From positions 54,023-118,022 of the forward strand of contig JAGAKP010000068.1 of the NCBI GenBank assembly GCA_017625615.1: a stretch of DNA of 64,000 bases, written 5' to 3'. Positions within the stretch are counted from its first letter, which is position 1, and every line of letters begins with the position of its first letter. The translations under genes were made by a program, and so were the position numbers. Below the pieces are notes generated by a model. It was not told where the DNA came from. It did no database searches and saw only the letters and a list, made by a program, of their open reading frames with translations. Below, in pieces: positions 26,028 to 35,807 of this stretch. Source of the stretch: Clostridia bacterium. GTDB lineage: Bacteria > Bacillota > Clostridia > Oscillospirales > CAG-382.

Positions 26028-26031
26028 ATCA

Positions 26032-26745
26032 CTATCCGTTTATTGCCTCGTTTTGCTTTTCCATAAGGGCGGCAATTCCTTTTTTGCCAAGGGAAAGAAG
26101 CTGTGCAAGCTCGTCTGCGGTAAAGGCTCTTCCCTCGCCGGTGCCCTGTATTTCAATAAATGCGCCGCTTTCGTCCATTACGAGGTTCATATCCACCTCT
26201 GCGCTTGAATCCTCACGGTAACAAAGGTCAAGCATAGGTGTGTCTCCGTTTATACCTACGGATACTGCGGCGATCTGATGAATTAAGGGGTTTTTCTGCA
26301 AAAGTCCTTGCTTCATCCATTTTTTTATACCCAGAGCAAGTGCCACGTAGGCGCCCGTAATGGATGCAGTGCGGGTACCGCCGTCTGCCTGAATAACGTC
26401 GCAGTCGATCCATATAGTCTTTTCGCCCAGTGCTTCAAAATCCACCGCCTGACGCAACGCTCTTCCTATAAGACGCTTTATTTCCGTGCTGCGTCCGTCG
26501 GGCTTAAGGGTCTCTCTTTTCTTTCTTCCGCCGGTGGAGGAGGGAAGCATAGCGTATTCCGCAGTAAGCCAGCCCTTTCCCGTGTCCTTCAGAAAGGGCA
26601 TCGTGCCTTCCTCGAGGAGGGCGGTGCATATAACTCTCGTTTTACCCCAGTTTATAAGCACGCTTCCTCCTGTGGTTTCGGTAAAATCCACGGTAATATC
26701 AACCTTTCGGAGTGCGTCGGGAGTTCTTCCGTCAGTACGAAGCAT
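26032..26745 (-). CDS. rph: ribonuclease PH
   Basis: Full-length RNase PH-like sequence (RTDGRTPDALRKV..GSVLINWGKTRVICTA..DCDVIQADGGTRTASITGAYVAL). Confidence 0.92.
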   Translation of the reverse strand: MLRTDGRTPDALRKVDITVDFTETTGGSVLINWGKTRVICTALLEEGTMPFLKDTGKGWLTAEYAMLPSSTGGRKKRETLKPDGRSTEIKRLIGRALRQAVDFEALGEKTIWIDCDVIQADGGTRTASITGAYVALALGIKKWMKQGLLQKNPLIHQIAAVSVGINGDTPMLDLCYREDSSAEVDMNLVMDESGAFIEIQGTGEGRAFTADELAQLLSLGKKGIAALMEKQNEAING

Positions 26746-26827
26746 AATAAATCCATCCTTTTCTTTTGGTTATAAAAAGTATACAATAAACCTTTCAAAA
26801 TGTCAAACTATTCTTAAGAGGTATATC

Positions 26828-27214
26828 ATGTTCGGAAAAGCCTTAAAGCAATACAGAAAAAAGCATAACCTTACCCAACGCTCCCTTTCCCGCATAAGCG
26901 GTGTTGACCGTGATATTATCAGCCGTATAGAGCGCGGCACGGAGAATGCGGACACCGAAACGCAGGGACGTATAGTGAACGCCGTTCTGCGGAATAAATC
27001 CCATTTCCGTCCCGAAAACGTCTGCGAATTTGAGCGGGGCGAGCAGCTCGGTCTGCTTCTCAGCACCCTTCCCGACGGAATGGCGGAGGAGGTATACGAG
27101 GATATTATCAACAAGCTGAGAGAATACGTGGGCTTTCAGATAGACGTGGATATTTTAACCAAACCGCCTTGCCCCGTAAAGCGAAAAAGAAAGCACGTGC
27201 AAAACAGGTTTTAA
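26828..27214 (+). CDS. XRE-family HTH protein
   Basis: MFGKALKQYRKKHNLTQRSLSRISGVDRDIISRIERG. The start is set at ATG 26828; the track ORF extends back antisense into rph. Confidence 0.7.
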   Translation: MFGKALKQYRKKHNLTQRSLSRISGVDRDIISRIERGTENADTETQGRIVNAVLRNKSHFRPENVCEFERGEQLGLLLSTLPDGMAEEVYEDIINKLREYVGFQIDVDILTKPPCPVKRKRKHVQNRF

Positions 27215-27219
27215 AAGAT

Positions 27220-27248
27220 CCCCCGAGATGCATGGGGCTTCTCGGGGG
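27220..27248. terminator. hairpin between convergent genes
   Basis: Stem CCCCCGAGA/TCTCGGGGG with an 11-nt loop. The T-runs are weak. Confidence 0.4.
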
Positions 27249-27259
27249 AAACGTAAATA

Positions 27260-27823
27260 TTAATCAAGCTTTTCTTTTCCGTATTGGTTTTCGTAGTCCT
27301 TTTTGCCAAGCATCCAAAGCTTTTTGCAAAGGAAAAATACTCCTGCAAGGAACGCTGCCAATATAACGAAGTATATCACGGAATACACCGCGTCGTCGAT
27401 AAAATCAAATACGCCCACCGTGGACTCGTCCATTTTACTGCCGTATACCATATAATACATGGATGTGGTCACCTTTTCAAAATATCTGTCGTAAAACAGC
27501 ACGCAGGCAATATATTTTGTCAATTCACCGGGAAGGATAAGACCTATCGTCTTTTTTATCCATAATTTTTCGTCCTCGCTTCTGTGGTACAGAGTGGGGA
27601 ATTTTTTGTACAGATATACGCCCACTATCACCCAGCAAAGCAGTATATACAGCACCGGCATAACCAACAGAAAAAGAGGATATACCACCGCGGGATGGGG
27701 AATTTTCTCCGCTATCGCCTCCACCGCCCAATATACCAGATTGGATGATACTATAGACGCCAGAAAGGTCATTACCACGTAAATGAACTTCGAATCCAAA
27801 GAAACCTTCTTTTCCATATCCAT
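27260..27823 (-). CDS. polytopic membrane protein of unknown function
   Basis: Four or five hydrophobic segments. No motif recognised. Confidence 0.5.
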   Translation of the reverse strand: MDMEKKVSLDSKFIYVVMTFLASIVSSNLVYWAVEAIAEKIPHPAVVYPLFLLVMPVLYILLCWVIVGVYLYKKFPTLYHRSEDEKLWIKKTIGLILPGELTKYIACVLFYDRYFEKVTTSMYYMVYGSKMDESTVGVFDFIDDAVYSVIYFVILAAFLAGVFFLCKKLWMLGKKDYENQYGKEKLD

Positions 27824-27911
27824 TCCTCCTTGTAAATTGCATTATCATAGTATCACACTTGTGACGGTATGTCAATATTAAACGGCAGTTATTTCAACTG
27901 CCGTTTTGATA

Positions 27912-28544
27912 TTATTCCTTGCTTATTACCTTTTTCTGCCAGCTTTTCTTTCCGCATTCGGGGCATTTTATATATCTCGTTCTGCCCATGTGCATGGAAA
28001 ATGACACAGTCTTGAAATCGGGCACGTGGGTGTGACCGCAATGCTTGCACTTATAGTATCCCGCCACCTGCTCTATCTTAAGGGCAAAGAAGAAACCCGC
28101 AAAGCAGGGTATAAATCCCGAAAATACTATTACCATTCGTACCCACTCCTGTTCGATAGGCAGATAGGCTGCGATGATAATGGGAATTAACAATATCAGA
28201 ACGGACAAAACACCGATTACCCATTCAAGGGTAAGAAGCTGTTTGTCCTTTTGCTCCTTTTCCTTTATCATTTCAATAAGCTGTTTTTCCATTTCCTTGT
28301 TGTAGTTTTCCATTTTAATAACCTCCCCGTGTAATAGATCGTTTACCGTAATTTTTAATTCCTCGCACAGCAACAGCATTATGGATGAATCGGGCATTGC
28401 ACGTCCCGTCTCCCATTTGGAAACGGCTCTGTCGGTAATATTCAGCCGCTCCGCAAGCTGTGCCTGAGTCAAGGCCTGCTTTTTTCTCTGCTCGGCAATA
28501 AATTTGCCGATCTTTATCTGGTCCAATTTCTTGCCTCCTTTCAC
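27912..28544 (-). CDS. membrane-anchored XRE-family regulator with a C-terminal zinc-ribbon-like motif
   Basis: HTH_3 N-terminus (IGKFIAEQRKKQALTQAQLAERLNITDRAVSKWE), a coiled region, two TM segments, then CKHCGH...CPECG. Confidence 0.75.
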   Translation of the reverse strand: MKGGKKLDQIKIGKFIAEQRKKQALTQAQLAERLNITDRAVSKWETGRAMPDSSIMLLLCEELKITVNDLLHGEVIKMENYNKEMEKQLIEMIKEKEQKDKQLLTLEWVIGVLSVLILLIPIIIAAYLPIEQEWVRMVIVFSGFIPCFAGFFFALKIEQVAGYYKCKHCGHTHVPDFKTVSFSMHMGRTRYIKCPECGKKSWQKKVISKE

Positions 28545-28645
28545 GTAAATATTATACCGCTTCTTTACAAAAGTCTACATACCGTCGGTTGAGTCGGGGA
28601 GAGATCAACCGAATACGGGTATCAAAACGTTACGGGTATGCTTTT

Positions 28646-31093
28646 TTAATCGCCGTTTATGCGAAGATAAGCGGAATCCAGCTCGATGTTCAGCTCCGAT
28701 ACCGTTCCGACCTTGGCAGACAGATCTATACCGATCTTGAAAATATTCGTTCCCGTATCTCCTGCCTGCTCAACGTTTTCCCACAAAAGCTTTCCGTCAA
28801 CGTACATATCGTAGGTGTATACGTTATTTTCGCTCTTTTTTACGGTTATCTCATAATCGTGCCATAGGGAAGTGTCCAGACTTGTGTTCCGCGACGGATC
28901 GGAGTATGAGTTGAATACGGAGCCTATATTGTTTTCGGAAGAAGATAAAATGATACGGATACAGTACTCCGCGCTTCTCACGGTAAACTCCGCTATTCCT
29001 TCCGAATTAAGCTTTGCTCTGAATCCGAAGGTGAAATCGGATACGGGGGATACAAATCCCTTTCTCGTAATATAGGAATAGTCGGTAAGGGGATCTCTTT
29101 GAAGGGTAACGGAGGATTGGTTCTGGATTACGTTTACCGCGCATCCCGCTCCGTGAGCTTTTCCCCATTCGCTCCAATCATCAAAGGCGTCCTCAAATTC
29201 ACAGTTCATCAATTCCGCCTTGGTCAGCGTAAGCACGCCGCCGTTGGCAACCAGAATTCTTTGCAGCTTGGTTACGTCAATATCGTGGACCTTGGTTTTG
29301 TCCTGCACCGAAATAGCCGCGGCTGTGCCTGCCGCTTCTCCGATGATCATATATTGGGGCTCCATACGGATGGTGGAATAAGCAACGTGGCTCGCGGAAA
29401 GGGTGCAGGTTACCAAAAGATTATCCGCCTCGGCTTTTTTGGGCAATAAGGCTCTGTAGGAAATTTCATAGGGGTCTACGTTGACCTCCATATTGCCCTC
29501 GTTTCGGATATATCCGTCTGAAGTGATATATCTTTGAACGTTGTGGGAATCGCTGTTATAGGATCCCATACCGATAGTATCCTGCTTTGTTAAATTTTTT
29601 CCGCCGCCCTTTTCAATATCCCTTTGTGTCATTACGTATTCACCGATCATTCGGCGTCCCTCGCGGATATAAAGCTGGAAGGTCCAGTTGTCGGTTTCCA
29701 CGTATTCGTCCTTGGGTATTCCCCATTGGGACATGGCGTTTCGCACGGAAGAGTTAACGGATGGATCGTTTGCAAGAAAATAGAAAAGTCCCGCAACGTA
29801 ATTATAGTGGTCGTTCCATATCTCCTTACGTTGTGCGTACGTGGCATCGGGATAATCGTAGTTTCCGCCGATATAATCGGTAGAAAAAGCACCGTTATTG
29901 TTAAAATCGTGCTTGCCGTTTACACCGGGTCCCACCCCGAACAGATTATATACTGTCGGAGCGGTTCCTTTTGCTTTTACCCACGCGTCGATATAATCCG
30001 CAAGCAGAGTATACCGTGTGGGATCGTATCCTTCCGGCTTGGGAAAGGGGAGCATATTGCTCTTATTATTGGTTACGCATACGCGGAAATTATAGGCTTG
30101 GATTTTTTTATCTCCCGTTCCGTAGGGCGCGAGAGGCTCTTCGCTTACCTCTTTGTACTTCAGATTTCCGTTTTCATCTCTTGCGGCTATCTTAAAATTG
30201 AAATTATGGTTGCTTGCGCCCTGAATATCGGGGGAAACGACACCCGCCAGAGATTCACCGTATTCCTCGCGTCCTTCCCTGCCGTAGGTGTAGGAAACTC
30301 CTGCCTGAGCCATCAGGTCACCCTCGTAAGAAGCATCTATAAAGTTTAAAGCGGCAAATTCCTTTCCGCTTTCGCATATTATTTTGGTAATGGCAGTGCC
30401 GTGCATTTCGACGCCTGTGCCTTCAACCAATCTTTCTCCCAAAAACACCTCTACGGGATATTGGGTGCTTTTGGTTTCGTTCAGCATATCGGCAAAGATC
30501 TCCTCCGCAACGTGGGGCTCAAAATTCCAATCCACCGCATTGCCCGAATCGTTGCCTTTTATAAAAGCGTTTCTTTGGAAAAATTCCTTCGCCATTCCGC
30601 CAATAACGCTTGCGTTTCCTACGTCGGTGGCAAACAGACCGCCCGACATCATTCCGCCGAGCTGTGTATTGGGCGCCACGAGGGCAACCGTCGCTCCCTG
30701 ACGGCTTGCGGCAACCGCGGAAACCACCGCCGCCGCAGTGTCGCCGTAAACGACCACGTCGTATCTCAGCACATTTTCCTCCTCGTCGGGAAGGGGCTCT
30801 TCGTCCGGCGCGGAGGTGTCGGCGCTCGTTTCATCCTCCGAAATCTCCGTTTCTTCACCGCTCGTCTCCTGCTCGGAAGTTTCCGGCTCTTCCTCGCTTA
30901 TCTCTGCGGAAATATCCGAATTTTCTTCGCTTACTTCTTCCGGGATTTCAGAGCCTTCGCTGACCGTTTCGGAATAATTGCCGTTTGAAAAATTATCGGT
31001 AGTGCTTTCTTCGTTATTTCCGCAAGCGCATAAAGCCCCCGCCGACAGTACGAATGAAAGCAATAAAGCCGTAATCATAGTAATTCTATTCAT
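28646..31093 (-). CDS. FAD-dependent oxidoreductase-family lipoprotein with a C-terminal beta-sandwich-like domain
   Basis: The start is set at ATG 31093 (MNRITMITALLLSFVLSAGALCAC lipobox). An acidic linker precedes the dinucleotide-binding motif VVVYGDTAAAVVSAVAASRQG. Calling the C-terminal ~200 aa a lectin or LamG-like domain is inference. Confidence 0.7.
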   Translation of the reverse strand: MNRITMITALLLSFVLSAGALCACGNNEESTTDNFSNGNYSETVSEGSEIPEEVSEENSDISAEISEEEPETSEQETSGEETEISEDETSADTSAPDEEPLPDEEENVLRYDVVVYGDTAAAVVSAVAASRQGATVALVAPNTQLGGMMSGGLFATDVGNASVIGGMAKEFFQRNAFIKGNDSGNAVDWNFEPHVAEEIFADMLNETKSTQYPVEVFLGERLVEGTGVEMHGTAITKIICESGKEFAALNFIDASYEGDLMAQAGVSYTYGREGREEYGESLAGVVSPDIQGASNHNFNFKIAARDENGNLKYKEVSEEPLAPYGTGDKKIQAYNFRVCVTNNKSNMLPFPKPEGYDPTRYTLLADYIDAWVKAKGTAPTVYNLFGVGPGVNGKHDFNNNGAFSTDYIGGNYDYPDATYAQRKEIWNDHYNYVAGLFYFLANDPSVNSSVRNAMSQWGIPKDEYVETDNWTFQLYIREGRRMIGEYVMTQRDIEKGGGKNLTKQDTIGMGSYNSDSHNVQRYITSDGYIRNEGNMEVNVDPYEISYRALLPKKAEADNLLVTCTLSASHVAYSTIRMEPQYMIIGEAAGTAAAISVQDKTKVHDIDVTKLQRILVANGGVLTLTKAELMNCEFEDAFDDWSEWGKAHGAGCAVNVIQNQSSVTLQRDPLTDYSYITRKGFVSPVSDFTFGFRAKLNSEGIAEFTVRSAEYCIRIILSSSENNIGSVFNSYSDPSRNTSLDTSLWHDYEITVKKSENNVYTYDMYVDGKLLWENVEQAGDTGTNIFKIGIDLSAKVGTVSELNIELDSAYLRINGD

Positions 31094-31229
31094 AAAGTCC
31101 ACTCCCGTTTTATTTGGTGTTCTCGTATACATTCTAACACGCTGCCGAAAAAATGTCCACATAAATTTCGGATGACAGTCCACCGGACTGTCATATTTAA
31201 CGCCGCCAGCCTCCTTGAGGTTCAAGTCC

Positions 31230-31415
31230 TCACATATCAAAAAACAGCATCGCCACGAGGGCAATGCCGTTTTTTGGTGCACCTGAGCATTCTATAATCG
31301 AACCGTTTACCTGTTCTAAGGTTACGGTTTTGCATGCTTCCTTATAATTGAATGTTATAACCAGCTTGTCGTCGTAGAGATATACGGCGTTTATCAGGTT
31401 TTTAGTTATGCGCAA
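31230..31415 (-). pseudogene. possible C-terminal remnant of a serine-recombinase-type gene
   Basis: The peptide ...NLINAVYLYDDKLVITFNYKEACKTVTLEQV resembles, from memory, the C-terminal tails of clostridial recombinase-family proteins. The upstream frame is broken by stops, so no catalytic domain remains. Confidence 0.3.
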
Positions 31416-32144
31416 ATTTGTGATGCAATAGCATACTTTGGTGTAAAAGCAGATGATTTTAAGTCCAAAGAAGCCGCTTGGATAAATTTGCTCACCTTTA
31501 ATTTAAGTTCGGTTAACTAACCGCTTGTTGGCCTCGGTACGTTTGAAATATGTGAGCGTGGTGAGCATACCGATGAGAACCCTCAAATCGTATAAACTGT
31601 TACCATCACAGCATACAAGGCTCATGCATTCAAGGTAGGTAAGGTCCGTTAAAGATGATGTAAACAAGTAATCTGACAAGAATCATGTCCTTAATTAAAC
31701 GACCACTTTAAACTCAGGTGGTCATTTTTTGTTTATTGTTTGAAAGCAAGTACGGGTAATTATGAAATGATTTCTAAATAATAAAGCGAACGCTTTATTA
31801 TCTATTGGATTTCTTGCAAATATGATATAATAAACCATTATGGTGATCTGTATGACTACGAAAACGGTGCATGACTGAATAACGTAGATATCGAGAAATA
31901 TGATATTTTGATCAACGGTGAGTTGATTGAAAAGGAAATCCGCCATACGCTTCTTCTCGCGGTCAGCAGTTTGTTTTGGATAAGGAATACTTCTTGTCGA
32001 TCAAGTGTTATATTTGATTGGGGCGCTGCTTGGAATTTTATAGAGATTCTAAAGAGAAAAGAAAGACGTGAATGAGTTTTAAAAAAGTATATTTTTGTTT
32101 GTCCGAAAATGGATTGCTGAAGGTATATAGTTTATGAAGGCAGA

Positions 32145-32693
32145 ATGGAGGTGAATGAAGTGTCTAATAACTTTAAAGTGAATTATGTTTGCAATAAGGC
32201 CATTATTGGTATAGCGAGGGGCAATATTGATGCTCTTTCAGATGTTTATGATTCTATAGGCAAACAGGTTTATTTTATTGCATATTCCGTTTTGAAAAAT
32301 CATCATGATGCTGAAGATGTTCTCCAAAAAGTGCTTTGCGAAATCGTAAAATGTGCCCATACTTATAAACCTATGAGTAATGCGCGAGCTTGGATCTTAT
32401 CAATTGCTCGAAATCAAGCACTTAAATATCTTCGTGACAAGAAGATGCACATATCTTTGGATGATATTGAAAACGATCCTCAGTTTTCTTATGACGTTTC
32501 ATTCATATCTAATATGACCTTATTCGATGCTTTGAATAGCTTAACTGATGATGAAAGGCAAGTTGTTTTGTTGCACATTGAATCGGAAATGAAATTCAGA
32601 GAGATTGCTGATTTTCTTTGCATAACAAGTGATGCTGCACAAAAACGATATCAGAGAGCGATAAAAAAACTCAAGGCATACTACTCAAATTAA
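32145..32693 (+). CDS. ECF-type sigma-70 family RNA polymerase sigma factor
   Basis: Region 2 (DAEDVLQKVLCEIVKCAHTY..ARAWILSIARNQALKYLR) and region 4 (DDERQVVLLHIESEMKFREIADFLCITSDAAQKRYQRAIKKLK). Confidence 0.8.
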   Translation: MEVNEVSNNFKVNYVCNKAIIGIARGNIDALSDVYDSIGKQVYFIAYSVLKNHHDAEDVLQKVLCEIVKCAHTYKPMSNARAWILSIARNQALKYLRDKKMHISLDDIENDPQFSYDVSFISNMTLFDALNSLTDDERQVVLLHIESEMKFREIADFLCITSDAAQKRYQRAIKKLKAYYSN

Positions 32694-32706
32694 CGAGGTG
32701 ACCCTG

Positions 32707-33651
32707 ATGAAATTTGAAAAAAGAATAAAAAAGACTCTTGTAAACGATGCAGATATGTTTATGAGAGCGAGGAAGCAAGATATTCTTTCTAAGGATTTTC
32801 TTGATTCGGTAAGGGCACAACAGCCTTTGCGCAACAAGCGAGAGTTCGTTCCCGTTAAGCGTGTTCTTGCGGCTGTAATGGTTGCTGTTCTTGTCATTTG
32901 CTCGGTAATATTTGTTCCTTTGTCGTTAAGGGACAATGGTTTTTCTGTAATAGATCAAGGTTCTACGGATTCGGGATCTCGCCCAAATCTTCCCGTTATA
33001 AACGATCCTGTTTTTGAGCCGTCACAATGGGTTGGTGAGGCAGATACACCTTATGCAATAATTAATATTGGTGAAATAAGTAGTGACACAATCAGATTGT
33101 CTCAAAATGGTGTTTTGCAAAACTACGTTAAGGTCGAGGGTGAGGTCATTGCATCTTACAACACCGAGAAATTTGATATTAATAATTCTTCGCTCTCTGG
33201 TGCAGATGTAACCGAGTCAAAGGTTGTCGCATTTAATAACATTCGAGAATTTTATATAACTGAGCAGTCGATTGAATTGATTGAAGGATTAGATGCTATT
33301 TTTGTTAATGTTGTTAAAATGAACATGGATGGTAAATTTTATTATGGTCCGGTAACAAACGATCAAGGAATCGCGGAATTTCTTCCTGTGGTAGAAGGAA
33401 AACTTCAAATCAATGAGAATGATTATAACACTCGTTCTTTTTTGTCAATTAAAATCCTAAATGATACCTTAGATGAATTGATGGATTATCGTGATCGCGG
33501 AGGAGAAGAAACCGAATTCACAAAAGCGTTACCGTCAAAAAAGATTATGAACGGCGTATCTACTGATGAGGTTGATCTGTACTTTAAAGCATGGAATTGT
33601 GCAAAAAAGATCAATGCTACCAATCGTAGAACTTCCGAAATTCCGACTTAG
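32707..33651 (+). CDS. putative anti-sigma factor: a single-pass membrane protein with an extracytoplasmic domain
   Basis: It lies immediately downstream of the sigma gene. A short cytoplasmic N-terminus is followed by one TM segment (VLAAVMVAVLVICSVIFVPL) and an external domain of about 240 aa. The ATG at 32707 follows GAGGTG. Confidence 0.55.
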   Translation: MKFEKRIKKTLVNDADMFMRARKQDILSKDFLDSVRAQQPLRNKREFVPVKRVLAAVMVAVLVICSVIFVPLSLRDNGFSVIDQGSTDSGSRPNLPVINDPVFEPSQWVGEADTPYAIINIGEISSDTIRLSQNGVLQNYVKVEGEVIASYNTEKFDINNSSLSGADVTESKVVAFNNIREFYITEQSIELIEGLDAIFVNVVKMNMDGKFYYGPVTNDQGIAEFLPVVEGKLQINENDYNTRSFLSIKILNDTLDELMDYRDRGGEETEFTKALPSKKIMNGVSTDEVDLYFKAWNCAKKINATNRRTSEIPT

Positions 33652-33971
33652 CCAACAGAAAAGGAATTGTGATACCAATGGGCTATATTGTATAATTGGT
33701 TTTTTGCAACGTATCGTGAATTTTTAATCACATTAATGACTAATGGAGGAAAAGCATTATGTGCGGTTTTCCGTTTGTCGTTGGTTCTGCGATTTTGAGA
33801 TGCTATTTTGTCTGACGCATGAAACGACGCATAAAATTTTGGACTGTGTGAAAGTAATGGACTGAAGTGAATTTCATTATGTCCATATAGTACAATATAT
33901 CAAGGAAAATCGGAGATAATGTACAGAGCGACTAACTCTGTACTGCCACAAACAAAGGCTATTTAACATCT

Positions 33972-34025
33972 TTTAAGAAAACAACAAACCCGAACGTTTC
34001 ACCAATCGGTAAAAGGTTCGGGTTT
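33972..34025 (-). terminator. terminator downstream of tRNA-Leu
   Basis: Stem AAACCCGAAC/GTTCGGGTTT (33986-33995 and 34016-34025) with a 20-nt loop, followed on the minus strand by GTTGTTTTCTT. Confidence 0.5.
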
Positions 34026-34033
34026 GAATGCTT

Positions 34034-34116
34034 TGGTGCGGATGACAGGACTTGAACCTGCACGCAATTGCACCGGTTTCTAAGACCGGCTCGTCTGCCA
34101 GTTCCGACACATCCGC
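34034..34116 (-). tRNA. tRNA-Leu (anticodon UAG), CCA encoded
   Basis: The reverse complement reads GCGGATG..CCGGTCTTAGAAACCGG (anticodon loop CTTAGAA)..long variable arm..GCAGGTTCAAGTCCTGTCATCCGCACCA. Length is 83 nt with a class II cloverleaf. Confidence 0.9.
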
Positions 34117-34131
34117 GTATTCTGCCCGAGT

Positions 34132-34160
34132 ATTTTAACACATCGGGCTTTGTTTGTCAA
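34132..34160 (-). promoter_or_regulatory. promoter of tRNA-Leu
   Basis: On the minus strand: TTGACA (34160-34155), a 17-nt spacer, then TAAAAT (34137-34132), about 15 nt upstream of the tRNA 5' end. Confidence 0.6.
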
Positions 34161-34166
34161 CTTAAA

Positions 34167-35807
34167 TTATATCTGCACGTTGCGTGCGGCTTCGAGCGCG
34201 GCGTCGATATGGGGGAAGAATCTGTCTTCACCGATCTCTGCAACGAATCCGTCCTTTTTCATTACGGAGTACGGCTGCTCGTTGGCGTGGGATATAAATA
34301 CACGCACGTCCTTGCTCTTGCAGATATTGTATACCGAACGGAGTGCGCGCATAGCGGTCTCGTCCAAAGCGGGCACGTTACGCATACGGATAATTATTAT
34401 CTTCACTCCGTCGCGTACGGGAACGGAAATTTTATCGGACGCGGCGAAGAACATAGGTCCGTTTATCTCAAAAACGTCGGTGTGCTCGGGAATATCCTTC
34501 AGTCTGCCGCCGTCGGACTCAAGCATTTCGTCAGCCTTCGTCCAGTGGCGCACATTGGTGCTTTCCGCCATTCTGCGTAAAAACAGCACTGCGGTGAGAA
34601 GCATACCCACCTCAATAGCCACTACGAGGTCGAATATAACGGTGAGCAGGAAGGTGATTACAAGCACCGCGATATCGCTCTTGGGTGCAGTCTTGCATAT
34701 ACGGACGAACTGACGCCATTCGCACATATTATAGGCAACGATAAAGAGTATTGCGGCGATAACGGGCATAGGTATCCAAGCGGCGAAGGGCATAAGCACC
34801 ACGAGGATGAGAAGCAGTACTACCGCGTGTATAATTCCCGCAACGGGAGTTCTACCGCCGTTTTTCACGTTGGCGGCGGTACGCGCTATGGCGCCGGTGG
34901 CGGGAATACCGCCGAATAGACCGGAGCAGATGTTACCGAGTCCCTGCGCGATAAGCTCCGTGTTGGAATTGTGGCGGTCGTTTATCATTCCGTCGGATAC
35001 CACGCAGGAAAGGAGAGATTCTATTCCCGCAAGTATTGCAATGGTAAAGGCCGAGGGGATAAGCTGTCGGATAAGGTCAAAGCTCAATTCGGGCATTGCA
35101 AAGGAGGGGAGGGATCCCGAAATGGTGTAAAGATCGCCTATGGTGTTAACGTCCATATTAAGGAGCTTCACCATAGCCGTTCCCACGATTACCGCAATAA
35201 GTGAGCCGGGTATTTTTTTGCTTATATAAGGCCAGATTATGAGTATCGCCAATGCAACGGCACCCACTACCAAAGCCTGCCAGTTTACGGTGGTGATTGA
35301 CTTTATTACCGCTTCAACCTTTTCCATGGTTTCCACGGCGTGGGTTCCCTCGGGATAGGTAAGACCAAAAAAGTCCTTTATCTGACCGATAACGATGGTC
35401 ACCGCAATGCCGAAGGTAAAGCCGGTGGTAATGGCGTGAGGAATGTATTTTATAAGGCTTCCGAACTTAAGGACGCCCATAAGTATAAGCAGTATACCTG
35501 CCATTATGGTGGCGATAACCAGTCCGCTCGTGCCGTGAGTCGCGACTATTCCCGCAACGATGGTGGCAAATGCCGCGGTGGGTCCCGATATATTAACCTT
35601 GCTTCCGCCGAACAAGGCGATAACGAATCCCGCAATAATAGCGGTGTAAAGTCCCTTTTCGGGAGAAACTCCGCTGGCGATGGCAAGTGCTATGGAAAGG
35701 GGCAGCGCGATTATGGCGACGATAATTCCCGCCACGATATCGCTTACCACCTGCTTTTTGCTGTAGCTTTTCAGGGAGGAGATTATCTTCGGTTCAAATA
35801 TTTTCAT
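34167..35807 (-). CDS. SulP-family anion transporter with a C-terminal STAS domain
   Basis: SulP N-terminal motifs (DIVAGIIVAIIALPLSIALAIASG) and a STAS-like tail. The start is set at ATG 35807 after AAGGAAG. Confidence 0.85.
   Translation of the reverse strand: MKIFEPKIISSLKSYSKKQVVSDIVAGIIVAIIALPLSIALAIASGVSPEKGLYTAIIAGFVIALFGGSKVNISGPTAAFATIVAGIVATHGTSGLVIATIMAGILLILMGVLKFGSLIKYIPHAITTGFTFGIAVTIVIGQIKDFFGLTYPEGTHAVETMEKVEAVIKSITTVNWQALVVGAVALAILIIWPYISKKIPGSLIAVIVGTAMVKLLNMDVNTIGDLYTISGSLPSFAMPELSFDLIRQLIPSAFTIAILAGIESLLSCVVSDGMINDRHNSNTELIAQGLGNICSGLFGGIPATGAIARTAANVKNGGRTPVAGIIHAVVLLLILVVLMPFAAWIPMPVIAAILFIVAYNMCEWRQFVRICKTAPKSDIAVLVITFLLTVIFDLVVAIEVGMLLTAVLFLRRMAESTNVRHWTKADEMLESDGGRLKDIPEHTDVFEINGPMFFAASDKISVPVRDGVKIIIIRMRNVPALDETAMRALRSVYNICKSKDVRVFISHANEQPYSVMKKDGFVAEIGEDRFFPHIDAALEAARNVQI

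Noticed and set aside
31722-31946. A 74-aa minus-strand ORF in the AT-rich islet.
   Set aside because: The translation is low-complexity and Ile/Phe/Asn-rich, typical of AT-rich non-coding DNA. No RBS or motif.
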